64,000 nucleotides of DNA from Squalus acanthias (Eukaryota). This document shows, in pieces, positions 22,617 through 37,300 of this stretch; positions within the stretch are counted from its first letter, which is position 1; every line of letters starts with the position of its first letter. The translations under genes and the position numbers were made by a program. A model generated the notes under the pieces. It saw nothing but the letters and a program-made list of their open reading frames with translations. It was not told the origin of the DNA and made no database searches. The stretch is taken from NCBI GenBank assembly GCA_030390025.1, contig JASTWF010000331.1, positions 1-64,000 of the forward strand, given 5' to 3'.

Positions 22617-25600
22617 CCTCAAATTAATAGAGTACCTCAAATAATACAGTCCCTCAAACTAATGCAGCCACTCAAACTAATAAAGCTCCTCAAACTAATC
22701 AATCCCCTCAAACTAATACAGTTCCTCAAACTAATACAGCCCCTCAAACTAATACAGCTCCTCAAACTAATACAGCCCCTCAAACTAATACAGTTCCTCA
22801 AACTAATACAGACCCTCAAACTAATACAGCCCCTCAAACTAATACAGCTCCTCAAACTAATACAGACCCTCAAACTAATACAGCCCCTCAAACTAATACA
22901 GCCCCTCAAACTAATGCAGTCCCTCAAACTAATACAGCCCCTCAAACTAATACAGTCCCTCAAACTAATACAGTTCCTCAAACTAATACAGTTCCTCAAA
23001 CTAATACAGACCCTTAAATAAATACTACCCCTCAAACTAAAACAGGCCCTCAAACTAATACAGCCCCTCAAACTAATACAGCCCCTCAAACTAATACACC
23101 CCCTCAAACTAATACAGCCCCTCAACCTAATACTGCCCCTCAAACTAATACAGCCCCTCAAACTAATACAACCCCTCAACCTAATACTGCCCCTCAAACT
23201 AATACAGCCCCTCAAACTAATACAGCCCCTCAAACTAATACAGCCCCTCAAACTAATACAGTACCTCAAACTAATACAGCCCATCAAACTAATACAGCCC
23301 CTCAAACTAATACAACCCCTCAACCTAATACTGCCCCTCAAACTAATACACCCCCTCAAACTAATACAGCCCCTCAAACTAATACAGCCCCTCAAACTAA
23401 TACAGCCCCTCAAACTAATACAGTACCTCAAACTAATACAGCCCATCAAACTAATACAGCCCCTCAAACTAATACAGTACCTCAAACTAATACAGCCCCT
23501 CAAACTAATACAGTACCTTAAACTAATACAGCCCCTCAAACTAATACAGCCCCTCAACCTAATACTGCCCCTCAAACTAATACACCCCCTCAACCTAATA
23601 CCCCCTCAAACTAAAACAGGCCCTCAAACTAATACAACCCCTCAACCTAATACTGCCCCTCAAACTAATACAACCCCTCAACCTAATACAGCCCCTCAAA
23701 CTAATACAGTACCTCAAACTAATACAGTACCTCAAACTAATACAGACCCTCAAACTAATACAACCCCTCAACCTAATACTGCCCCTCAAACTAATACACC
23801 CCCTCAAACTAATACAACCCCTCAACCTAATACTGCCCCTCAAACTAATACACCCCCTCAACCTAATACCCCCTCAAACTAAAACAGGCCCTCAAACTAA
23901 CAGAGTCGCTAAAACTAATACAGCCGCACAAACGAATACAGCCCCTCAAACAAATACAGCGCCTCAAACTAATAGAGCCCCTCAAACTATTACAGCCCCT
24001 CAAACAAATACACCACCTCAAACTAATAGAGCCCCTCAAACTATTACAGTCCACTCAAAATAATACAAAACCTCAAGCTAATACAGCACCTCAAACTAAT
24101 ACACACCCTCAAACTAATACAGCCCATTACACTAATACAGACCATAAAACAAATACAGACCCTCAAACTAATACACCCCCTCAAACTAATACACCTCCTC
24201 AAACTAATACAGCCCCTCAAATTAATACAGTCCCTCAAACTAATACAGCTCCTCAAAATGATACAGTCCCTCAAACTAATACAGCCTCTCAAACTTATAC
24301 AGCCCATCCAATTACTACAGCACATCAAACTAATAGAGCCCCTCAAACTATTACAGCCACTCAAACTAATAAAGCCCCTCAAACTAATAGAACCCCTCAA
24401 ACTAATAAAAACCCTCAAACTAATAAAGCCCCTCAAACTAATACAAACCCTCAAACTAATAAAGCCCCTCAAACTAATACTACCCCTCAAACTAATACAA
24501 CCCCTCAAACTAATACAAACCCTCAAACTAATACAAACCCTCAAACTAATACAAACCCTCAAACTAATACAAACCCTCAAACTAATACAGACCCTCAAAC
24601 TAATACAAACCCTCAACCTAATACAGCCCCTCAAACTAATAAAGCCCCTCAAACAAATACAGCCCCTCAAAATAATACAGCGCCTCAAACTAATAGAGCC
24701 CCTCAAACTATTACAGCCACTCAAACTAATACACAACCTCAAGCTAATACAGCCCCTCAAACAAATACACCACCTCAAACTAATAGAGCCCCTCAAACTA
24801 TTACAGCCACTCAGAATATTACAAAACCTCAAGCTAATACAGCCCCTCAAACTAATACACACCCTCAAAATAATACAGCCCATTACACTAATACAGACCA
24901 TAAAACTAATACAGACCCTCAAACTAATACAGTTCCTCAAACTAACACAGCACCTCAAACTAATACAGACCCTCAAGCTAATACAGACCCTCAAACTAAT
25001 ACACACCCTCAATTATTACAGCCCATTAAACTAATACAGCCTCTCAAACTAATAGAGAACCTCAAATTAATACACCCCCTCAAACTAATACACCCCCTCA
25101 AACTAATACAACCCCTCAACCTAATACTGCCCCTCAAACTAATACACCCCCTCAAACTAATACAGCCCCTCAAACTAATACAGCCCCTCAAACTACTACA
25201 GCCCCTCAAACTAATACAGTACCTCAAACTAATACAGCCCATCAAACTAATACAGCCCCTCAAACTAATACAGTACCTCAAACTAATAAAGCCCCTCAAA
25301 CAAATACAGCCCCTCAAAATAATACAGCGCCTCAAACTAATAGAGCCCCTCAAACTATTACAGCCACTCAAACTAATACACAACCTCAAGCTAATACAGC
25401 CCCTCAAACAAATACACCACCTCAAACTAATAGAGCCCCTCAAACTATTACAGTCCACTCAAAATAATACAAAACCTCAAGCTAATACAGCACCTCAAAC
25501 TAATACACACCCTCAAACTAATACAGCCCATTACACTAATACAGACCATAAAACTAATACAGACCCTCAAACTAATACACCCCCTCAAACTAATACACCT

Positions 25601-28600
25601 CCTCAAACTAATACAGCCCCTCAAATTAATACAGTCCCTCAAACTAATACAGCTCCTCAAAATGATACAGTCCCTCAAACTAATACAGCCTCTCAAACTT
25701 ATACAGCCCATCCAATTACTACAGCACATCAAACTAATAGAGCCCCTCAAACTATTACAGCCACTCAAACTAATAAAGCCCCTCAAACTAATAGAACCCC
25801 TCAAACTAATACAAACCCTCAAACTAATAAAGCCCCTCAAACTAATAAAGCCCCTCAAACTAATACAAACCCTCAAACTAATAAAGCCCCTCAAACTAAT
25901 ACTACCCCTCAAACTAATACAACCCCTCAAACTAATACAAACCCTCAAACTAATACAAACCCTCAAACTAATACAAACCCTCAAACTAATACAGACCCTC
26001 AAACTAATACAAACCCTCAAACTAATACAGACCCTCAAACTAATAAAGCCCCTCAAACTAATACAACCCCTCAACCTAATACAGCCCCTCAAACTAATAA
26101 AGCCCCTCAAACAAATACAGCCCCTCAAAATAATACAGCGCCTCAAACTAATAGAGCCCCTCAAACTATTACAGCCACTCAAACTAATACACAACCTCAA
26201 GCTAATACAGCCCCTCAAACAAATACACCAGCTCAAACTAATAGAGCCCCTCAAACTATTACAGCCACTCAAAATATTACAAACCCTCAAGCTAATACAG
26301 CCCCTCAAACTAATACACACCCTCAAACTAATAAAGCCCCTCAAACTAATACAACCCCTCAACCTAATACAGCCCCTCAAACTAATAAAGCCCCTCAAAC
26401 AAATACAGCCCCTCAAAATAATACAGCGCCTCAAACTAATAGAGCCCCTCAAACTATTACAGCCACTCAAACTAATACACAACCTCAAGCTAATACAGCC
26501 CCTCAAACAAATACACCACCTCAAACTAATAGAGCCCCTCAAACTATTACAGCCACTCAAAATATTACAAAACCTCAAGCTAATACAGCCCCTCAAACTA
26601 ATACACACCCTCAAACTAATACAGCCCATTACACTAATACAGACCATAAAACTAATACAGACCCTCAAACTAATACAGTTCCTCAAACTAACACAGCACC
26701 TCAAACTAATACAGACCCTCAAGCTAATACAGACCCTCAAACTAATACACACCCTCAATTATTACAGCCCATTAAACTAATACAGCCTCTCAAACTAATA
26801 GAGAACCTCAAATTAATACACCCCCTCAAACTAATACACCTCCTCAAATTAATACACCCCCTCAAACTAATACACCTCCTCAAACTAATACAGCCTCTCA
26901 AATTAATACAGTCCCGAAACCTAATACAGTGCCTCAAAGTAATACAGACCCTCAAACTAACACAGTCCCTCAAACTAATACAGCCCCTCAAACTAATACA
27001 GTCCCTCAAACTAATACACACCCACAATTATTACTGCCCATTAAACTAATACAGCCTCTGAAACTAATACAGCCCCTCAAACTAATACAGTCCCTCAAAG
27101 TAATACAGGCCCTCAAACTAATACAGCCCCTCAAACTAATACAGTCCCTCAAACTAATACAGCCCCTCAAACTAATACAGTCCCTCAAATTAATACAGCC
27201 CCTCAAACTTATACAGCCCCTCAAACTAATACAGTCCCTCAAAATAATACAGCCCCTCAATCTAATACAGTCCCTCGAACTAATACAGTCCCTCAAACTA
27301 ATAAAGCCCCTCAAACTAATACTGTCCCTCAAAGTAATACAGTCCCTCAAAGTAATACAGCCCCTCAAACGAATACAGCTCCTCAAACTAATACAGCTCC
27401 TCAAACTAATACAGTACCTCAAACTAATACAGCACCTCAAACTAATACAGCCCCTCAAACTGATACAGTCCCTCAAACTAATACAGCACCTCAAACTGAT
27501 ACAGCTCCTCAAACTAATACAGTACCTCAAACTAATACAGCACCTCAAACTAATACAGCCCCTCAAACTAATACAGCCCCTCAAATTAATACAGCACATC
27601 AAACAAATAGAGCCCCTCAAACTAATAGAGCCCCTCAAACTATTACAGCCTCTCAAACTAATACACAACCTCAAGCTAATACAGATCCCTCAAACTAATA
27701 CAAAACCTCAAACTAATAAAAACCCTCAAACTAATACAAACCCTCAAACTAATACAGCCCCTCAAACTAATAAAGTCCCTCAAACTAATACAACCTCTCA
27801 AACTAATAAAACCTCTCAAATTGATACAGCACATCACAATAATGCTACCCCTCAAACTAATAGACCCCCTCAAACTAAGATATCCCCTCAAACTAATGCT
27901 CCCCTTAAACTAAAATAGCACGTCAATCTAATACAGCCAATAAAAGTAATACTGCCCCTCAAACTAATAGAGTCCCTCAAACTAATACAGCTCCTCAAAC
28001 AAATACAGCGCCTCAAACTAATACATCCCCTCAAACTAATAGAGCCACTCAAAGTAATACTCACCCTCAAACTAATACAGCCCCTCAAAATTATCCAGCC
28101 CCTGAAACTAATACACCCCCTGAAACTTATACACTCCCTCAAATTAATACATCCCCTCAAAATAATACTGCCCCTCAAACTAATACAGCACCTTAAACTA
28201 ATACAGCCTCTCAAACTAATACACCACCTCAAACAAATCCAATCCCTCAAACTAATAAAGTCCCTCAAACTAATCCAGCCCCTCAATCTAATACAGCCCC
28301 TCGAACTAATAAAGCTCCTCAAACTAATACAGCCCCTCAAACTAATACACCGCCTCAAACTAATACAGCTTCTAAAACTAATAAAGCCCCTAAAACTAAT
28401 GGAGCCCCTCAAACTTAAGCAACTCCTAAAACTAATACAGACCCTCAAACTAATACAGCTCCTTCAAAACTAATACACCCCCTCAAACTAATACAGCCCC
28501 TCAAACTAATACAGACTATAAAACTCATACAGCCCCTCATACTAATACAGCCCCTCAAACTAATACAGCCTTTCAAACTAATACAGCTCCTCAAACTAAT

Positions 28601-31600
28601 ACTCCCCCTCAAACTAATACACCCTCTCAAACTAATAGAGCCACTCAAAGTAATACACACCCTCAAACTAATACAGCACCTCAAAATAATCCTGCCCCTG
28701 AAACTAATACACCCCCTGGAACTTATGCACTCCCTCAAATTAATACATCCCCTCAAAATAATATAACCACTCAAACTAATACAACCCCTTAAACTAATAC
28801 AGCACCTCAAATTAATGCAGCCCCTCAAACTGATCCAGCCACTCAATCTAATACAGCCCCTCGAACTAATACACCACCTCAAGCTAATCCAGTCCCTGAA
28901 ACTAATACATCCCCTCAAACTAATACAGCACATCAAATGTATACAGCACATCAAACGAATACAGCCTCTCAAACTAATACAGCCCCTCAAACTAATACAG
29001 TACCTCAAAATAACACAGCCCCTCAAACTAATACAGCTCCTCAAACTAATACTGCCCCTCAAAGTAATACAGCCCCTCAAACTAATACAGTACCTCAAAC
29101 TAATACAGCCCCTCAAACTAATACAGCCCCTCAAACTAACACAGCCGATCCAACTAATACAGCTCCTCAAACTAATACAGCCCCTCAAACTAATACAGCC
29201 CCTCAAACGAATACAGTCCGCCAAAATAACACAGCTCCTCAAACTAATACAGTACCTCAAACTAATACAGCCCCTCAAACTAATACAGTATCTCAAACTA
29301 ATACAGCCCCTCAAACTAACACAGCCGATCCAACTAATATAGCTCCTCAAACTAATACAGCCCCTCAAACTAATACAGTCCCTCAAACTAATACAGCCCC
29401 ACAAATTAATAAAGCCCCTCAAACTAATACAGCTCCTCAAACTAATACAGTACCTCAAACTAATACAGCCCCTCAAACTAATACAGCCACTCAAACTAAT
29501 AAAACCTCTCAAACTAATACATCACATGAAAATAATACAGAAACTCCAAATAATAGATCTCCTCAAACTAAGAAATCCCCTCAAAATAATACAACCCATT
29601 TAACTAAAATAGCACATCAATCTAATACAGCAAATCAAAGTAATACTGCCCCTCAAACTAATAAAGACGCTCAAACTAATAGAGCACCTCAAACGAATCC
29701 AGTCCCTCAAACTAATACAGCCCTTCAAACTAATACACCCCCTCAAAATAATACAGCACCTCAAATTAATACAGCACATCAAACTAATACAGCCCCTCAA
29801 AATAATACAGCACCTCAAATTAATACAGCACATCAAACTAATACAGCCCCTCAAACTATACAGCAACTCAAACTAATACAAACCCTCAAACTAATACAGC
29901 CCCTCAAACTAATACAGCACCTCAAACTAATACACCCCCTCAAACTAATAAAACCTCTCAAACTGATACAGCACATCACAATAATGCATCCCCTCAAAAT
30001 AATAGACCCCCTCAAACTAAGATATCCCCTCAAACTAATGCACAACCTTAAACTAAAATAGCACGTCAATCTAATACAGCAAATAAAAGTAATAGTGCCC
30101 CTCAAACTAATAGAGTCCCTCAAACTAATACACCCTCTCAAACTAATAGAGCCACTCAAAGTAATACACACCCTCAAATAATACAGCACCTCAAAATAAT
30201 CCAGCCCCTGAAACTAATACACCCCCTGAAACTTGTACACTCCCTCAAATTAATACATCCCCATAAAATAATATAACCACTCAATCTAATACAACCCCTT
30301 AAACTAATTCAGCACATCAAACTAATATACCCTCTCAAACTAAAACAGCACATCAAACTAAAATTGCACATCAAACTAATACAGTCCCTCAAATTAATGC
30401 AGCCCCTCAAACTAATAGAGCCCCTCAATCTAATACAGCCCCTCAAACTAATCCAGCCACTCAAACTAATACAGCCCCTCAAACTAATACAGCCCCTCGA
30501 CCTAATACACCACCTCAAGCTAATCCAGTCCCTCAAACTAATACAGCCCCTCAAAGTAATACAGCACATCAAATGAATACAACACATCAAACTAATACTG
30601 CCCCTCAAACTAAAACAGCCCCTCAAACTAATACAGACCCTCAAACTAATAAAGCTGCTCAAACTAATACAGCCCCTCAAACTAATACACCGTCTCAAAC
30701 TAATACAGCTTCTAAAACTAATAAAGCTCCTTAAACTTATGCAGCCCCTCAAACTTAAGCAACTCCTAAAACTAATACAGACCATCAAACTAATACAGCC
30801 CCTTAAACTAATACAGCTCCTCCAAAACTAATACTCCCCCTCAAACTAATACATCCCCTCAAACTAATACAGACTATCAAACTAATACAGCCCCTCATAC
30901 TAATACAGCCCCTCAAACTAATACAGTCTTTCAAACTAATACAGCTCCTCAAACTACTACTCCCCCTCAAACTAATACAGCCCCTCAAAGTAATACACCG
31001 CCTTAAAATAATACACCCCCTCAAACTAGTAACCCTCATCAAACTAATACACCCCCTCAAACTAATAAAGTACCTCTAAATAACACAGCCCCTCAAACTA
31101 ATACAGCTCCTCAAACTAATACTGCCCCTTAAACTAATACAGCCCCTCAAACTAATACAGTACCTCAAACTAATACAGCCCCTCAAACTAATACAGCCCC
31201 TCAAACTAATACAGCCCCTCAAACTAATACAGTACCTCAAACTAATACAGCCCCTCAAACTAATACAGACCTCAAACTAATACAGCCCCTCAAACTAATA
31301 CTGCCCCTTAAACTAATACAGCCCCTCAAACTAATACAGCCCCTCAAACTAATACAGCCCCTCAAACTAATACAGACCTCAAACTAATACAGCCCCTCAA
31401 ACTAATACAGTACCTCAAACTAATACAGCCCCTCAAACTAACACAGCCGATCAAACTAATACAGCTCCTCAAACTAATACAGCCCCTCAAACTAATACAG
31501 CTCCTCAAACTAATACAGCCCCACAAACTAATACAGTCCGCCAAACTAATACAGTTCCTCAAACTAATACAGCTCCTCAAACTAATACAGTTCCTCAAAC

Positions 31601-33255
31601 TAATACAGCTCATCAAACTAATTCAGTCCCTCAAACTAATACAGACCCTTAAATTAATACCACCCCTCAAACTAAAACAGGCCCTCAAACTAATACAGCC
31701 CCTCAAAATAATACAGACCCTCAAACTAATACAGACCATCAAACTAATACAGTACCTCAAACTAATACAGCCCCTCAAACTAATACAGCCCCTCAAACTA
31801 AAACAGCTCCTCAAACAGATACAGCACCTCAAAATAATACAGCGCCTCCAACGAATACACCCCCTCAAACTAATACAGCCCCTCAAACTAACACAGCCCC
31901 TCAAACTAACACAGCCCCTCAAACTAATACAGACCCTCAAACTATTACAGCCCCTCAAACTAACACAGCCCCTCAAACTAATACAGCCCCTCAAACTAAT
32001 ACAGCTCCTCAAACTAATACACACCCTCAAACAAATGCAGCCCCTCAAACTAATACAGCCCCTCAAACTAATACAGCCTCTCAAGCTAATAAAGACCCAC
32101 AAACTAATACAGCTCCTCAAACTAATACAGCACCTCAAACTAATTCAGCTCCTCAAACTAATACAGACCCTCAAACTAATACAGCCCCTCAAACTAATAC
32201 AGTACTTCAAACTAATACAGCCCCTCAACTTATACAAACCCTCAAATTAATACAGCTCGTCAAATTAATAAAGCCTCTCAAACTAATAAAGCCTCTCAAA
32301 TTAACACAACCCCTCAAACTAATACAGCTCCTCAAACTAATACAATACCTCAAACTAATACAACCTCTCAAACTAATACAGCCCCTCAAACTAATACAGC
32401 CCCTCAAACTAATACAGCTCCTCAAACTAATACAGCCACTTAAATTAATACTCCCCCTCAAACTAATACAGCTCCTCAATCTAATACAGTACTTCAAACT
32501 AATACAGCCCCTCAACTAATACAGACCCTCAAATTAATAAAGCTCGTCAAATTAATACAGCTGCTGAAACTAATACTGTACCTCAAACTAATACAACCTC
32601 TCATACTAATACAGCCCCTCAAACTAATACAGACTATCAAACTAATACACCGCCTTAAACTAATACACTTCCTTAAACTAATACAACCACTTAAACTAAT
32701 ACAGCTCCTCAAAATAATTCAGCCCATTAAACTAATACATACCATAAAACTAATACAGACCCACAGACTAATACAGCTCCTCAAACTAATACAGCACCTC
32801 AAACTAATACAGACCCTCAAACTAATACAGCCCCTCAAACTAATACACACCCTCAATTATTACAGACAATTAAACTAATACCGCCTCTCAAACTAATAGA
32901 GAACCTCAAACGAACACAGTACCTCAAACTAATACACCCCTCAAACTAATACAGACCCTCAAACTAAAAGCACTCCTCAAACTAATACAGCCTCCCAAAA
33001 TAATACAGACCCTCAAACTAATACAGCCCCTCAAACTAATACAACCCCTCAAACTAATACAACCCCTCAAACTAATACAGTACCTCAAACTAACACAGCC
33101 CCTCAAACTAATACAGTACCTCAAACTAATACAAACCCTCAAACTAATTCCACCCCTCAAACTAATACACCCCCTCAAACTAATACAGCATATCAAACTC
33201 TTACACCCCCTCAAACTAAATCAGCCCCTCAGACTGATACAGTACCTCAACCTAT
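22617..33255. repeat. 18-bp satellite (CTCAAACTAATACAGCCC)n, ~590 units
   Basis: Directly visible. Gives the LKLIQP/PQTNTA/RGCISL pseudo-ORFs. Confidence 0.98.
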
Positions 33256-33479
33256 TACGGATCCTCTAACTTGTTGTCAGACCCGCCCACCACCTCTCTG
33301 GTCAAAAGTCGTGTAATCTCTTGTTCCCACAAACTCACAGTGCCCGGGATCTCACTTGCCAGACACTATGAGGTCATTACCAGACTAACAAGAACTGATT
33401 ATACAGATTATTTGAACAGCTAAACAATGCGAATTCTAAATCTATATTTAATGTCTTAAGTTTATTTCTGTTAAGTTAG

Positions 33480-34371
33480 TAATGGTCTGTTAAATAAAAG
33501 CATTGAAGGGCACCTCATTCACGTTGTATGCACATCTTGTGCCATGTGGGAACTCCAGTACGCTTCCCGTGTACTGGACAACCACCTGTGCAGGAGGTGT
33601 CGTCAGCTGGAGGTGCTCGTACACCGGGTTTAGGAGCTGAGCAGCAACTGGGGTCAGTGCGGTGCATTCTTGAGGTTGAGAGCTACGTGGATAGCACGTT
33701 TCAGGAGGTGGTCACCCCGCACCTTAAGAGTATGCAGGCAGAGAGGGAATGGGTAACCGACAGACAGAAAAGGAAGACCAGGCAGGGAGTGCAAGTGACC
33801 CCTGAGTGCATCTCACTCTCTAACCGCTATTCAGTTCTGAATACTGGAGAGAGCTATGGTTCATCTGGCGAGTACAGCCAGAGCCAAGTCCAGAGCACCA
33901 CGGGTGGCTCAGATGCACAGTGTGGGGTGGGGTGGGGTGGGATGTGGTGGGGAGGAGGAGGAAGATCAGGAAAGCAATAGTGAGACGGGATTCCAAAGTT
34001 AGGGGAATAGACAAGCGTTTCTGCGGCCGCAGATGTGAATCCAGGATGGAATGCTGCCTCCTTGGTGCCAGGGTGAAGGATGTCACTGAGCGGCTGAAGA
34101 ACATTCTGAGCGGGGAGGTTGACCAGCCAGAGGTGGTTGTCCATATCGGTACCAATGACATATGTAGAAAGAGGGATGAGGACCTGCAGGCAGATTTTAG
34201 CGGGCTAGGGAAGTGATTCAAATCAGGACCTCAATGGTAGTAATCTTCGGATTACTTCCGGTGCCTGTGCTGGTGAGTATAGAAATAGGAGGCTAGAGCA
34301 GATGAATGCGTGGCTGGAGAGATGGTGCAGGAGGGAGTTCTTTAGATTCCTGGGACATTGGGACCGGTTCT
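33480..34371 (+). mobile_element. CR1 5' part: ORF1 (Cys-rich knuckle and SGNH esterase), truncated at the 22-bp satellite
   Basis: CTSC...CRRC motif, SNRYSVL, RDSKVRGIDKRFCG, VVVHIGTND and NAWLERWCRREFFRFLGHWDRF. Confidence 0.88.
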
Positions 34372-37300
34372 CGGACAGCTCCATCACAGAAACAGACAGT
34401 TCCATGCACAGACCCAGAGAGTTCCATTCACAGATCCAGACAGTTCCATTCACAGATCTAGACAGATCCATTCACAGACCCAGACAGATCCATTCACAGA
34501 TCCAGACAGTTCCATTCACAGATCCAGACAGCTCCATTCAAAGACCCAGACAGATCCATTCACAGACCCAGACAGATCCATTCACAGACCCAGACAGCTC
34601 CATTCACAGACCCAGACAGATCCATTCACAGACCCAGACAGATCCATTCACAGACCCAGACAGATCCATTCACAGACCCAGACAGATCCATTCACAGAAA
34701 CAGACAGAAACATTCACAGACATGGAAAGCTGAATTCAAAAACCCAGACAGCTCATTTCAGAAACACAGTAAATTCATTACACAAACCGACACAGCTCCA
34801 AACGCAGACTCAGACAGAGCAATTCACAGACCCAGACATCCCCATTCACAGACGCAGACAAATCATTTCACAGACCCAGACAGCTCAAGTCACAGACCCA
34901 GATATCTCCATTGACAGAACTAGACATCACCATTCACAGACTCTGAAAGCTCCACTCACAGACACAGACATCTCTATTCACAGACCCAGACATCACCATT
35001 CACAGACCAGGACAACTCATTTCACAGACTCAGGCAGCTGCATTCACAGACACAGAGTGCTCCATTCACAGACACAGACATCTCCATTCACACACCCAGA
35101 GAGCTCCATTCTCAGACCCAGACAACTCTATTCACAGACACAGAACATTCATTTCACAGACCGCGACAGCTCCAAACGCAGACTCAGACAGATCAATTCA
35201 CAGACCCAGACATCTCCAGCCACAGACGCAGACAAATCATTTCACAGACACAGACAGCTCAAGTCACAGACCCAGATATCTCTATTGACAGACCTAGACA
35301 ACACCATTCACAGACTCAGAAAGCTCCATTCACAGACACAGACATCTCTATTCACAGACCCAGACATCACCATTCACAGACCAGGACAACTCATTTCACA
35401 GACTCAGGCAGCTCCATTCACAGACCCAGAGAGCTCCATTCACACACCCAGAGAGCTCCAAACTCAGACACAGACAACTCTATTCACAGACTCAGCAAGC
35501 TCATTTCACAGACCCAGAGAGCACCATTGACAGACCCAGACAGCTCCATTCACAGACTCAGCAAGCTAATTTCACAGACCCAGACAGCAGCATTCACAGA
35601 TTCAGACAGATCATTTGACAGACCCAGACATCTCCATTCACAGAAGCAGACAGCTCCATTCATATACCGAGACAGCTGCATTCACAGACTCAGACGGCTC
35701 ACTTCAAAGATTCAGAAAGCTGAGGTGACAGACCCAGACAGCTCCATTCACAGACTCTGACAGCTCTATTCACAGACCCAGACAACTCCATTCAAAGACC
35801 AAGACAGCTCGGTTCACAGATCCAGCGAGCTACATTCACAGACTCGGAAACCACATTTCACAGCTCCATTCAGAGACCCATCAGCTCCATTAACAGACCC
35901 AGACTGCTCCATTCACAGACCCAGACAGATGATTTCGCAGACTCTGGCAGATCATTTCACAGACCCAGACAGCACCATTCACAGAGCAAGACAGCTCAAT
36001 TCAAAGGCTCAGACAACTCCATTCTCAGACCAAGACAGCTCTTATCACAGATCCAGACAGCTTCATTCACAGACCCATCAGCTCCATTCACAGACACAGA
36101 AATCTCCATTCGCAGACCCAGACTGTTCCATTCACCGACCCGGACAGTTCCATTCACAGACCCTGACAGCTCCATTCACAGACCCAGACAACTCATTTCA
36201 CAGACTGAGACAGCTCCATTCACAGATCCAGGCAGCTCCATTCAGAGACCCATGCAGCTCCATTCAGAGACCCAGAGAGCAACAATCACAGACCCAGGCA
36301 ATTCCATTCACAGACTAGACATCTCCATGAACAGACACAAACAGCTCCATTCACAGACCCAGACAGATGATTTCACAGACCCAGACAGCTCCATTCAGAG
36401 ACCCAGACAGCTCCATTCACAGACCCAGTTAACACTATTCACAGATTCAGCAAATTGATTTCACAGACCCAGGTCGCTCATTTCACAGACTCACACAGCG
36501 CCATTCAAAGACACAGACAGCGCATTTCAGAGACCCAGACAGCACCATTCAAAGACACAGACAGCACATTTCAGAGACCCAGACAGCACATTTCAGAGAC
36601 CCAGAGAGCTCATTCACAGACACAGACAGCTACATTCACAGAAACAGACAGCTCCATTCACAGACCCAGACAGTTCCATTCACAGTCCGAGTAGCTCATT
36701 TCACAGACTCTGGCAGCTCCATTCAGAGATCCAGACAGATCCATTCACAGACCCAGAAAGCTCCATTTACAGACACTGGGAGCTCCATTCAAAACAGAGG
36801 CAGCTCCATTCACAGACCCAGACAGCTCCATTTTCAGACTCTGGCTGCTCCATTCACAAACCCAGACAGCTCCATTCACAGACCCAGACAGCTACATTTA
36901 CAGACCTAGGCAGCTCCATTCACAGACCCAGACAACCCATTTCAAAGACTCAGTCAGATCAATTCACAGACCCATAAATCTCCATTCACAGACCAAGGCA
37001 GCTCCATTCACAGACTCCGAAAGCTTAATTCACATACCCAGACAGCTCCATCCACAGACCCAGAGATGTCGTTTCACAGAAACTGACAGCTCTATTCACA
37101 GAAGCAGACAGCTCATTTCACCGACCCAGACTGCTCCAGTCACCGACTCAGAAAGCTCATTACACAGACCCAGACAGCTCCATTCACAGACTCCGAAAGT
37201 TAATTTCACATACCCAGACAGATCCATTCACAGACTCAGACAGCTCCATTCACAGAAACAGACAGCAACATTCACAGACATGGAAAGCTGAGTTCAAAAA

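Noticed and set aside
22611..33214. Long ORFs up to 436 aa (RGCISL / LKLIQP / PQTNTA repeats)
   Set aside because: Translation of an 18-bp satellite. Open on both strands and frequently frameshifted.
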